Source: Lepidodermella squamata
Lineage: Eukaryota; Animalia; Gastrotricha
Length of the DNA stretch: 64,000 nucleotides
Direction of reading: 5' to 3'
NCBI GenBank assembly: GCA_047495785.1
Contig: JBLDXI010000010.1
Coordinates: forward strand, 620,001-684,000
This document shows, one piece after another, positions 48,945 to 59,715 of this stretch (position 1 is its first letter; the number at the start of each line of letters is the position of its first letter). The position numbers and the translations under genes were made by a program. The notes under the pieces were generated by a model. It was not told the DNA's origin, did no database searches, and was given only the letters and a program-made list of their open reading frames with translations.

Positions 48945-50621
48945 ATCTCCACGTTAGTCGAGTCAAAATTGAGAATATTTGTCGTCATAATATCCCCAGC
49001 GGTCACATTTTCCCAGTTTCTTTGTGAAGCGTATCGAGTTGGAATCACAGGGTCAAGATATGTTTTTTACGTACCAGTCACTGCAGTAACCATATCGCCA
49101 CCCGCCGGTTGTACCACAGAAGTCTTATTCGAACAGTACAAGCAAACATTCTTCACGGGTATAACACTTCAACCTGAAAACATGACAAGGAAAACGGATC
49201 TTGGCGACACGGCTGGGGAATTCATGCGACTCATGGTAAACTCTACTCAAGTGATGGTAGATGATACAATTTTAGCGTATGTCTACCGCGATGCTCTATA
49301 CATGGCTCTGATGGTTCTGAATACGACCGATTATCGATTGAAACGTGATTACGGTTTAAGCTTGTTGAACTATAGCCAACATCCTGCATTGGTCTCTCGA
49401 GTTGCAAAGGACTCCCTTTTCGATACTAGGACTGTAGGGGTGAGAGTTGGCGAAATTTCATACTCAAGGGATGGGCAGATAGTTGGAGATGTGGCAATGT
49501 ATAGCCAGTTCAGCCCGAAAACAGGCTTAGTTAACAAAGTCGAGTTCCGACAGCAGCGAGAGAACTCACAGAATGGGTCAGATTACTACCTTGAGATTTT
49601 AAGACCGATTACTTGGATTCGTGGCGCTCCTCCTAGAGACATGCCTATAACAGTCATCAATCGGATGACGCTGTCGGATATCTCAAGTTGGGTTATTTGG
49701 GTTTTAACTGGATTAACATGCATCTTACAGTTGATTTTATTTCTCATTTTTCTGCGAAATAAGGAGCGGCGAATAGTCTATAAACATTCAAAAATACTTG
49801 GATTATTCGGATGTGTTATTCTTGACGCATGTTCTGCTTTGTTTGTCATTGACAGAGATGAAAGAAGCTCTGTAGTTGCGAAAGCGGCAGAGTTTCTTCG
49901 AATTGTTGGATTGTCAATCGTGTTAAGTGTCGCATTCCTGCGTATTCAACTGACTTTTGCCCATTGTAAGCAATTGATCCGTCAAGCTACCGCGGAGACC
50001 CCTGTTGCATCAATGTACAGTGGGAATAGAAGCCAAATGAATGTACGTTTCGACCCGAAATGCCGTTCGGTACTAGACAAGGATGAAGTAAAGAGATCTG
50101 CAGTGATCATAGCCTGCACCATTGTCCTGATGTCTGTTTGGTTCGGAATAACTGCTTTCAACTTCTCAGCTGTCGAAGCTTTCTCGCCTCGCTATGACGA
50201 AGAATCCGACAGTGTAACAAGAGGCTACTACATTAAGTGCGCGGCTAAGCCTGATTCCCGATTGGTAGGATGGTCCTTAATGGGCTTCATTGGCGCATTT
50301 TTCCAAGTAATGCTGATTCTGAGCTGTATGATTTGCTACCAACTTCGGCAAAGAAAATCTCTTGCTGAAGCCTACCGGGAGTTCAAGTTGAGTTGTTTGG
50401 CAGTCATTTTCAGCACGACGATTCTCCCGGCAGGTATTCTGATCGAATTTCTAGTGAGTGATAATCCCACCTCCCAACAAATTGCGGCTGCGGTATTATG
50501 CTTGACTGTTTCCTCATCATTCTCGTTGATATGGAGTCATCGTAACTTATTTCCCACTCAATGCTTTTGGAAGGTGCAACTCTTGCAACACGCCTTTGCT
50601 TCTTCTTCTTCGCGACCATGA
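48303..50621 (+). CDS. Orphan GABA-B-like class C GPCR, intronless
   Basis: 772 aa; VNSRSDILPGY, IVGPAFSSGC, YPNLF, FLCEAYRVGITG, WIRGAPPRD, 7 TM helices. Confidence 0.88.
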   Translation: MRSYFCLPLVLCLVYAAMSDQRGNGTTVKLLMYMPRIGIDLRRQLAHNFAIQYVLNKVNSRSDILPGYRIETDLVEEAIGFQAVQKLFDHRRNMFSEFQLPVIVGPAFSSGCKAVGTLLHHLDSIAISTTCVAYFLTDRMIYPNLFLSMASSDASAVPFLSMMKNIGKWNRFGIISIPSSALDYAAAFSLHDKALSRGFEVPLFTLVDRIDQDFISTLVESKLRIFVVIISPAVTFSQFLCEAYRVGITGSRYVFYVPVTAVTISPPAGCTTEVLFEQYKQTFFTGITLQPENMTRKTDLGDTAGEFMRLMVNSTQVMVDDTILAYVYRDALYMALMVLNTTDYRLKRDYGLSLLNYSQHPALVSRVAKDSLFDTRTVGVRVGEISYSRDGQIVGDVAMYSQFSPKTGLVNKVEFRQQRENSQNGSDYYLEILRPITWIRGAPPRDMPITVINRMTLSDISSWVIWVLTGLTCILQLILFLIFLRNKERRIVYKHSKILGLFGCVILDACSALFVIDRDERSSVVAKAAEFLRIVGLSIVLSVAFLRIQLTFAHCKQLIRQATAETPVASMYSGNRSQMNVRFDPKCRSVLDKDEVKRSAVIIACTIVLMSVWFGITAFNFSAVEAFSPRYDEESDSVTRGYYIKCAAKPDSRLVGWSLMGFIGAFFQVMLILSCMICYQLRQRKSLAEAYREFKLSCLAVIFSTTILPAGILIEFLVSDNPTSQQIAAAVLCLTVSSSFSLIWSHRNLFPTQCFWKVQLLQHAFASSSSRP

Positions 50622-51568
50622 ACACCACCTCAGCTAAGAATTTGATGTCTTGTTAATGTAAATTCGTTAATACCGTATTTACGAATTATTAGGCAGAACC
50701 GAAATTAAAATTGTGAAGGTTTTTTACCTGGCGAAGTTGGGCATGTTTTGCATGATTCACTATAATTTACAAAACGCGTTTACTGGGCGTTATTACGGAG
50801 CTTGTTTGCCATATGTTGGGAAACCCAGGGCCAATATATTAGCGCTCTTTACACTAAAAAGTGGACACCTTGGTTACTTCGGCTGGATGCTAGAAACTTG
50901 CTAGAAAACACCTCAGCTCCCGGATCCTACTTCGCACACTGTTTTGATTTTATTGCATTTCCAGTTTTTGGTGAATTTTCCAGGTTTTTTAGCTTATACT
51001 CGGATCTAAAACCATAAACCACTACAGGTCAACTAATCTAGGTTCGAATCATTTCCTAGGAAAACCAAACATTTTCTGGCCACCCATGCTTTCGACTAGG
51101 TTGGCGCCAAAATATGTTTGGAGGCGATAAGCCGACAAACTATTTTTATATTTCCTGGGGTGGAGCCGAGGGAAGCGAGACGACACGCTAGCCGAGTCGA
51201 AAGCACGAGTGGTCAGACGAGTGCTTAACATGTTTTTCGTCTGGCCACTCGGCTTATCGCCACCAAACATTTTTGCTCCAAAGCTATAAACACAACAGAT
51301 GGCGCTCGCGAACAATTTCTCTTCATGCTTTTACACAATGCTTTAACACATGCTTTTCAACGTGCTATTTGTTCTATCTGCTGTCTCAGCTGATGGGCTC
51401 AATTCATTTTTTCCTAATTTGCAAACTGAAAATTGATTTCAAAAAGCTTGCATAGTTGACTCCTTAGAAATATGTTCACTCCTTCTCTTATTTTACTTCA
51501 TGGTGTAGGTATCATTATATTCTCTATGTTAGTTTTCAGTGAATTTAAGCAATTGTAAAGAAAAGATT

Positions 51569-52366
51569 ATGGTTTTTGAATGGCTTGCAGTTGAACTAGG
51601 CGTTATCGTTTGTAAGGGAGCAAGGGAAGCCGCATATTGTGTCGTTCAATTTACAAAGAAATACCAAACGGTTATTGTGTTCGCAGCCGTTTGGATGCCA
51701 CTCCATATCGGCTTTTTCAATACTATGGGGACACATCTTTATAACAAATTGATAGCACTTGTTCGCGGAAAAACGTTTCTAGAAGAACGGGACAAGTTGA
51801 TCAATGCTCTCAAGGAAGGAAAAACGGAAGATATCAAGAAACTTCTCAAAATTAACTTCTTCAGCTTCAGTCTTAAACGAGTGTTAAATTGGCAGGATGG
51901 AAGGCAACACGAAGTGACCATAAAAGGTCGTAGTCTAAGAGCAATCTGGACAGTTAGGAATACAACTGCTCTCCTAATAACTTCGATGTATCTACGCAAA
52001 TTCAACGAGGAAGATGCTTTTGAAATTGTTGACTTGCTTATTGAGCGTGGTGCCGAAGTCAATGCTAAAGACACAGATATGGGCATCCATGTTTTGCACG
52101 CTGCTGCTAGCGTTGGCTATGAAAAAATTGTTAAATATTTCCTGGAAAATACGAATGTCAAAGTCGATGTCAAGCGAAACGACGGCAAAACACCCCTAAT
52201 GGAAGCTGCAAGCTTTGGTAACAGTTTAAAAACTGTTAGGCTTTTGATTGAAAACGGAGCTGGAATTGACGTCAAAAATGATGAAGGAAAAACGGCCGCT
52301 GAATGCGCTAAGGAATGGGGTAATACAGAAATCAATGAAGAACTTCTTAGAGCGAACCTTCGTTGA
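51569..52366 (+). CDS. Ankyrin repeat protein with a hydrophobic N-terminal segment
   Basis: LLIERGAEVNAKD, LHAAASVG, GKTPLMEAA, GKTA; first ATG at 51569. Confidence 0.8.
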   Translation: MVFEWLAVELGVIVCKGAREAAYCVVQFTKKYQTVIVFAAVWMPLHIGFFNTMGTHLYNKLIALVRGKTFLEERDKLINALKEGKTEDIKKLLKINFFSFSLKRVLNWQDGRQHEVTIKGRSLRAIWTVRNTTALLITSMYLRKFNEEDAFEIVDLLIERGAEVNAKDTDMGIHVLHAAASVGYEKIVKYFLENTNVKVDVKRNDGKTPLMEAASFGNSLKTVRLLIENGAGIDVKNDEGKTAAECAKEWGNTEINEELLRANLR

Positions 52367-53596
52367 AATTATGCTATGAATTAATCTTTGCTTGCGAGCA
52401 ACTACTGCCGAATGCCAGATGGAAGATAATTGTGTATAGCTAGCTATTAATGCATCATCATTGCCATAAATATGTAAAAGAAAAATGACAGACAAATAAA
52501 CTGTAATTGTGTTTTGTGTTTACTTACATCATGTCATATAAGAGCTTGGGATATGTAAACTTTTTCAAATTTCTCAGACTATTTGAATAGTTCTTTCTCT
52601 TGTAACGTTTGTCTTTGGCAGGCTAGTCGCACGGGCTGTTTTCCGTTCTGTTCGTTCTTCGCCAGTTTTGGGAAGGAAAAATTGAGAGGATGCAGATGAT
52701 TTAGCGAATGACAGAAATGATTGGCGGCTGAAAATTAGTCTGGGTTGTCGTTTTTATCTACCTATAGGGCGGGCCACAAACACGTGTTTGCTTTTTGATT
52801 CTGCAAAAAAACGCGGCACAATCATCATTTGACATTTGACGAGTTGCTGATTTGAATTTGACGGGACCCATGCTACGAACGAGCATGCAAAGCCGCTAAT
52901 TCAACTATGCTTTTTTTGCTATTATGTACACGTCCGCGAAGGTCTACCTAATGATCGAGCCTACTTTAAGTACGAGGTTTTAAAGTAAGTGACATGCCTT
53001 GATTGTTAACCTAAAGCCTTTGATATTCTGTCTTTGCGGTATACTTCTGTCGATACTTCTCTGGATTCCAAATTATTCTACCGAACTAACATTTTTTGCT
53101 CTTTTAGGTTCTGATATTCACTTACTAAAATGTTGCAGTTTTTCGCATACCTCGCCAAACTAAGGGTTAATAAGTTCTGAATGAACTGAAGATATTGAAG
53201 CTGTTTGAAGTTTGAAGGTCAGAATGCAGTCAATTCAAGCAACGGTTTCCTATTTGTTATTGTGTCACTTAACTGCTTGTGTGCGAAACAATAAAACCAT
53301 GAAATTTAGCCAGAGTTCCGTTGATTTTTATGTTCTGTCCTACGCCATATAATCAAATATAATCAAAAGAAACACGTGATTTAATATAATTAGGCTTTTG
53401 GCTGATCATGCTGAACATTGTACTGAGCAAACTGAATCTCGTTTGAAATATCAAACCTGAGCAGGTCGAAACATAAAAAGCATGCTCTCATCCTGTAGCC
53501 TTGATGCTTGAGCTGTAGCATCTACGTTTCTTCAAATATTGTATTTCACATGCCAATATTTAAATTGTAGCTGCAATAGATAATTTTTGATTCCTC

Positions 53597-55969
53597 ATGG
53601 CGAAAGGGTGTTCCTTTCAAGCTGCAATATTACTTCTGCTCTATAGCGTTACAAATGGGCAAAGAGAGAATGCAACTGCTGTCAAGCTACTTATATACAC
53701 GCCAAGACTAGGAATCGAGCCCAAACTAGTTCAAGCCTATAATTTCGCAGTGCAGTACGTGGTGAGCAAAGTCAACAGTAGAGCAGACTTCTTCCCTGGT
53801 TACCGCATTGAAACTGATCTAGTTGAAGAATTTTACGGATTTCAAGCTGTGCAAAGGTTGTTGGAACATCGCCGGAAGTCCGCGACTGAATTCCAACTAC
53901 CATTGATAGTCGGCCCAGCCTTCTCAAACGGATGCAAAGCTGTCGGGCAACTGTTGCATCTCTTGGACAGTGTCGCTATCAGTACGCTGTGCGTTGCGCC
54001 CTTCCTCACTGACCGAAAGACCTATCCTAATTTGTTTCTTTCAATGGCAAACTCGGAATCATCCGCAATTCCATTCCTATCTATGATGAAGAACATCGGA
54101 AAATGGAACAGATTCGGCATTATCTCAATCCCGAGCTCAGTTTCGGATTACGCAATCGCATTCAACCTTCAAGATAAAGCGTTGTCAAAAGGATTCGATA
54201 TACCGTTGTTCACCCTTGTCGATCGAATAGATCCTGAATTCATCTCTACTGTATTAGCTTCTAAATTGAGAATATTCGTCATAATAATTTCAACGGGAAG
54301 CTTCGTTTCAAAATTTCTTTGCGAAGTTCATCGAGTCGGAATCACGGGTCCCAGATATGTGTTCTTCACCCCAGTAACTACGCTCAGTATGAACCCACCC
54401 GAAGATTGTTCAGTGGAAATTCTTATCGAACAGTACAAACAAACGTTTCTGGGCGGATTAGCCTTTTTGCCTGAAAACATGACCAGGATAACCGACCTCG
54501 GCGACACCGCTGGGGAATTCATGCGACTCATGATTAATTCGACCCAAGTTACGGTAGATGATACAATTTTAGCGCACGTTTACCGCGATGCTTTATTCAT
54601 GGCTCTGATGGCTCTGAATACGACCGACTATCGATTGAAACGGGATTACGGTTTAAGCTTGTTGAACTACAGCCAACATCCTGCATTAGTCGCTCAGATT
54701 ACAAAGCAGGCCTTGATCGACACGAAAACGATAGGTGTCAGAGTCGGCGAAATTTCCTATTCGAAAGACGGGCAAATAGTCGGAGATATGATGATGTTCG
54801 GACAATTCAACCCGCAAACTGGTTTCGCTAACAAAGTTGCGTTCCGCGAAGTCAGGATCAACCCAGCGAATAAGCTGGACGATCGAAATTTCTATTATGA
54901 TATATTAAGACCTATCACTTGGATACGAAATTCCCCTCCGCGGGATACTCCAATTATAAAAGTAGTGAGATTGAGCTTGCCACTACTTTCAAGCTGGATC
55001 ATTTGGGGGTTAACTGGAGCAATTAGCGTTAGCCAAGCGATAGGCTGCATCATGATTTCGTTCAACAAAGGTAATTTCAGTATCTTCATCAAATCAAAGC
55101 TCCTCGGAATATTAGGATGTATTGTGCTGAATTCAGCCGCTGCATTGTTTGCTGTTGAAAGAGATGAGACAAGCTATTTGATTACGAAAGTTTCAGAATT
55201 TCTTCGAGTAATAGGGCTGTCAATCATCTTCAGCGTTGGAATTTTTCGCATCAATTCAATTTACGCCCACAGCAAGCGTATCATTCGGCAAGGTACGGAA
55301 ACACGCCTTCAGCCGAGATTATCATCGAATCGCGAGTCCAGAAATAATCAAGTGAATGTGATTTTCGACCCAGAATGCCTGAAGCTGATCGACAAATCGA
55401 TTGTCAAAACGTCACTGCTAACCATAGCCGGCGTCGTTGTTCTGATGGTTGTTTGGTTTGCGATAACTGACTACAGCTGTACATCAGTTGAAGCTTTCGT
55501 ACCGCGATATGACGAGGAATCAGACAGTATAATTGAAAAGTATTTCATAAGGTGTGCCTCCGAAACTTTTATACAAACGATAGGGTGGTCCTTGATCGGA
55601 CTTATCGGTGCTTTCTACCAAGTGTTGCTAATACTAAGCGTTATACATTGTCACCAACTTCATCGAATGAAATCTTTGGCAGAAGCGTACGGGGAATTTA
55701 AATTGAGCTGTTCTGCTGTTGTTCTGGGCGCAACATTCCTTCCTGCTGGAATTTTAATTGAATTCCTCCTCGGCGCTAATGCAGTAACCCAGCAAACAGC
55801 TTCAGCTGTTATCTGCTTGGCTGTATCAGCTGTATTTTCGCTCATATGGAGCTACCCAACAATCTTCTCCATTCTATTTCCTCAGAATAGTCGTAGTTCC
55901 ATTCTATCGGCGCGATCCTCTTTTCAGCTAAATAACCATCAAATAACGGTCATCAACCCGAACAGATAA
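53597..55969 (+). CDS. Orphan GABA-B-like class C GPCR, intronless
   Basis: 790-aa paralog of 48303 with the same motifs. Confidence 0.88.
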   Translation: MAKGCSFQAAILLLLYSVTNGQRENATAVKLLIYTPRLGIEPKLVQAYNFAVQYVVSKVNSRADFFPGYRIETDLVEEFYGFQAVQRLLEHRRKSATEFQLPLIVGPAFSNGCKAVGQLLHLLDSVAISTLCVAPFLTDRKTYPNLFLSMANSESSAIPFLSMMKNIGKWNRFGIISIPSSVSDYAIAFNLQDKALSKGFDIPLFTLVDRIDPEFISTVLASKLRIFVIIISTGSFVSKFLCEVHRVGITGPRYVFFTPVTTLSMNPPEDCSVEILIEQYKQTFLGGLAFLPENMTRITDLGDTAGEFMRLMINSTQVTVDDTILAHVYRDALFMALMALNTTDYRLKRDYGLSLLNYSQHPALVAQITKQALIDTKTIGVRVGEISYSKDGQIVGDMMMFGQFNPQTGFANKVAFREVRINPANKLDDRNFYYDILRPITWIRNSPPRDTPIIKVVRLSLPLLSSWIIWGLTGAISVSQAIGCIMISFNKGNFSIFIKSKLLGILGCIVLNSAAALFAVERDETSYLITKVSEFLRVIGLSIIFSVGIFRINSIYAHSKRIIRQGTETRLQPRLSSNRESRNNQVNVIFDPECLKLIDKSIVKTSLLTIAGVVVLMVVWFAITDYSCTSVEAFVPRYDEESDSIIEKYFIRCASETFIQTIGWSLIGLIGAFYQVLLILSVIHCHQLHRMKSLAEAYGEFKLSCSAVVLGATFLPAGILIEFLLGANAVTQQTASAVICLAVSAVFSLIWSYPTIFSILFPQNSRSSILSARSSFQLNNHQITVINPNR

Positions 55970-56245
55970 CGAACACTGTATCTTTGCGCTTATTGTCATA
56001 ATGTCTGATTTTTTGTGGCTTTTGAAGATGAAAAACGTTCCTTAGGCGACTTCAGATTGTATGCTCTTTTTTATGCGGGCAATGCTCGTCAAGACACTAT
56101 CCTAGACACATACTTCTGTATGAAATACTGGCTCTCGAGGCAGCGTTATGAATAATTTTTTTCTGGATCTTCGATCTTGACCGCTGAACTAAGATCGAGG
56201 GAAATCGCATGCAGGTGGACAGAGTTTCGCAAGGCAGTCTCGAGG

Positions 56246-56432
56246 ATATCGCGGGGTGGGCGACAGAACGACCTGACTAAAATAGAAACAAATGGCGTAA
56301 AACTATTTTTTGCATCTCCGCCAAGTCAGTCGCGTGCCGGAAAAATGAACGCCAGTTTTTTCTGTGCATCAAATGCATTACGCCATTTGTTTCTATTTTA
56401 GTCAGGTCGTTCTGTCGCCCACCCCGCGATAT
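56246..56432. mobile_element. MITE-like foldback element with perfect 55-bp inverted arms
   Basis: 56246-56300 is the reverse complement of 56378-56432; both ends read ATAT. Confidence 0.7.
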
Positions 56433-57423
56433 GTTCTTGTTCATTCAAGATAAATATTGAAATCTCCACTAAGTCATTTTCTTTCGGATCCAGCCTCTTT
56501 CTCAGCCTTGGCTCTTAAGCCTCCTTTTCAGACAGTTAGCAGATACTGCATCGAAAAGTAGCCATGACCACAGAGGTCCGGCCTGGTGTTTTGAGGAAGA
56601 CTAAGACCTATACCAAGACCGTTTTTTCCCTGGTCTTGGTGTTAGTAATACCAGGGTACGATGTTTAACAGTCTGGTGTTGTTTTGGTCTTGACGGTCTT
56701 AAATTCTGTTAGCCTCCATGCGTTTGCTCGAGCTTTGATCGATGAAAGAGTATTACATACTCGGATGGGAAACATTTGAAATTCCTCAAAAGCAATCGTG
56801 TAATTTTTATTTAGAGGACGAAACTTGACCTCACAAGGCTGGAGTTTAGCAGTGACGCTGTGGAAATACTCCTCCGTCTTTGTCTCTAAGCGCATAGTAC
56901 TAATAGTATGCGGGTTCTTGATTCTTGACTTGAAAGAAATTAAACAAGCATTCCCAGCTCTGTGTTTCTTCTCGACAGATTTAGCTTGATCTGTCAAAGC
57001 ATGAGACCACCTGAAATGAACTATAGCAAATTACCTGTTCGAAGGAAAGCGTCTGTTTAGCGTCTGTTTATTGGGCGTTTCCACCTCCTGAAAGCACTCA
57101 GCAAATCAAATTATTCATAATGTAAAACGAGGAGATCTAATTTCTTGGTTCTTCATTATCCTCGAGAGCTTCACCACGCAGCAAGAGTTGGAAATGAAAC
57201 ACATGAACTTCTTTTGCCGGGACTTCGTCACATTGTGTGGAAATTATCAAACAGTTTTACATGATTGGAGAGAGTCGCATCATTCATCAATTAGGGTGAT
57301 CATATTGCTCCTGATTGCTCCCCTTAAATTTGAAAATTAAAATTGAATTTGACATTTTATTGAGCTATGAAGGCTGCTGGTTGTCTCATTCAGATACATT
57401 TTTAGATTCATTTCCGGATTCCA

Positions 57424-59715
57424 ATGACTAAAAGCTGTCTCCTTTCGACATTCGTATGTCTGTTAGCTCTAGGTGCTATGAGTAGCTATCGTGACAACGC
57501 AACTACTATCAAGCTATTTGTGTTCATCCCAAAATACGCGGTTGATCCTTCGCGACTAAAGGCGCACAGCTACACCATGCAATATGTCATGGATAAAATC
57601 AGCAGCCGAGCAGACATATTGCCGGGCTATCGGATCGAAATTGATATAGCTGAAGAAATGCTAGGATTCCAGGCTGTACAAAAGCTGCTCGACCATCGCA
57701 GCAGAAAGTCATTCGAATTTCAACTTCCAGTGATCGTCGGTCCATCTTTCTCCACTGGCTGCAAGGCTCTTGGCCAGCTACTGCACCACCTTGATACGAT
57801 TGCTGTTAGTACAGCATGTGCTGCCCCGTTTCTATCAGACAAGAAAACGTATCCCAATTTGTTCTTATCAATGGCAAATTTGAATGTCAACACAATACCT
57901 TTTCTATCTATGATGAAGAACATAGGGAAATGGAACAGGTTTGGGATAATCACATCTCCAAGTTCAGGACTGGAATATTCGATTGCGTCTATTACTCACG
58001 ATGAGGCAATTTCCAGGGGATTTGAAGTTCCGCTATTCACTCTAGCTGACCGAGTCGATTCTGAAGTCATCGAGTCGTTCATTGCCTCAAAGTTGAGAAT
58101 TGTAATCATTTTAGCGGCTATTGGAAATTTTTTCACACAATTCCTATGCGAGAGCTATCGAGTAGGCATTACTGGACCGAGATACGTGTTCATAACCACA
58201 GTCTCTTCGATGAGCTTAACCCCACCTGCCGGTTGTACGGTCGATGTTTTAATCGAACAGTACAAACAAACGTTATTCGGTGGATTAACCTTCATGCCCG
58301 AGAACATGACCAGGATTACCGACCTCGGGGATACTGCAGGGGAATTTATGCGACTCATGATTAATTCGACTCAAGTGACGGCAGATGATACAATTTTATC
58401 GTATCTTTACCGCGATGCTCTATTCATGGCTCTGATGGCTCTGAATGCGACCGACTATCGCTTGAAACATGATTATGGCTTAAGCCTGTTGAACTACAGC
58501 CAACATCCTGCATTAGTCACTCGGGTTACGAAGCAGGCCTTGATCGATACGAAAGCGATAGGAGTACGGGTTGGTGAGATTTCCTATTCTAAGGATGGGC
58601 AAATACTTGGAGATGTAATGATGTTCGGGCAGTTTAGTCCTAGGACTGGTTTACAGAATAGAGTTGCCTTTAGGCAGCTTCATTATAACTCAACGGACCA
58701 TCAGAGCTTCTATCTCAAGATATTGAGACCCATGACTTGGATTAGAGGCGCTCCTCCCCGAGATAAGCCGGCTGTTAAAATCCGCCGATTAACGCTGCCC
58801 GTAACTTTGAGTGGGACAATTTGGGGATTAACGGGAATGTTATTCACTCTACAATTGGTCGCTTTTGTAACAATTGCGCGTAGAAATGTGCGGCTGGTTA
58901 TCTTCAAATTTTCGAAGCTGCTTGGGATACTCGGATGTCTCGTCATAAATTGCTCTACCGTACTGTTTGCCGTTGGTAGAGATGAGAATGGAATCAAGGT
59001 CGCAAAGGCAGCAGAATTCCTACGAGTAGTGGGACTATCAATACCCTTCAGCGTCGCCATTCTTCGGATTCAATCAACCTACGCCCATTGTAAGCAAATG
59101 GTCCGTGAAGCTGAATCTAGGGTGTCGATTAGAAGTCCTCGTATGAGTGCGCATTTTCACAAGAAATCCCGTTTGGTACTGGACAAAGTGATAATAAAGA
59201 GATCAGCGATATTCATAGCTGGTACTCTGGTTCTCATCTCTATTTGGGCTGGAATTACTGAATTCAACTGTTTCACTGAAGAAGCTTTCCCACCGCGATA
59301 TGATGAAGAATATGACAGTATAACTGAGGGTTATCACATAAGGTGCGCTGCTCAGCTTTATTCAAGATGGTCCCTTATTGGTTTAATCGGGGCTTTCTTC
59401 CAAGTGATGTTAATTCTAAGTTGTATGCTTTGCTACCAGCTTCAGCAAATGAAGACTCTAGCTGAAGCGCACGGCGAATTCAAGTTAAGTTGCTTGGCTG
59501 TCATATTTGGCGCGACAATCCTCCCGGCTGGTATTCTGATCGAATTTCTCGTGAGCGTCAGTCCTATAGCTCAGCAAATCGCAGCTGCTGTAATATGTCT
59601 GATTGCCTCAGCAACATTTTCGTTGATATGGTGCGATCATAATTGTTTTCCCCCTAACTGCTGTTGGAAACGGGAACCAACGCAACCAGCTGGACGAAGT
59701 CGGGTTTCTGGCTGA
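57424..59715 (+). CDS. Orphan GABA-B-like class C GPCR, intronless
   Basis: 763-aa paralog of 48303 and 53597. Confidence 0.88.
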   Translation: MTKSCLLSTFVCLLALGAMSSYRDNATTIKLFVFIPKYAVDPSRLKAHSYTMQYVMDKISSRADILPGYRIEIDIAEEMLGFQAVQKLLDHRSRKSFEFQLPVIVGPSFSTGCKALGQLLHHLDTIAVSTACAAPFLSDKKTYPNLFLSMANLNVNTIPFLSMMKNIGKWNRFGIITSPSSGLEYSIASITHDEAISRGFEVPLFTLADRVDSEVIESFIASKLRIVIILAAIGNFFTQFLCESYRVGITGPRYVFITTVSSMSLTPPAGCTVDVLIEQYKQTLFGGLTFMPENMTRITDLGDTAGEFMRLMINSTQVTADDTILSYLYRDALFMALMALNATDYRLKHDYGLSLLNYSQHPALVTRVTKQALIDTKAIGVRVGEISYSKDGQILGDVMMFGQFSPRTGLQNRVAFRQLHYNSTDHQSFYLKILRPMTWIRGAPPRDKPAVKIRRLTLPVTLSGTIWGLTGMLFTLQLVAFVTIARRNVRLVIFKFSKLLGILGCLVINCSTVLFAVGRDENGIKVAKAAEFLRVVGLSIPFSVAILRIQSTYAHCKQMVREAESRVSIRSPRMSAHFHKKSRLVLDKVIIKRSAIFIAGTLVLISIWAGITEFNCFTEEAFPPRYDEEYDSITEGYHIRCAAQLYSRWSLIGLIGAFFQVMLILSCMLCYQLQQMKTLAEAHGEFKLSCLAVIFGATILPAGILIEFLVSVSPIAQQIAAAVICLIASATFSLIWCDHNCFPPNCCWKREPTQPAGRSRVSG

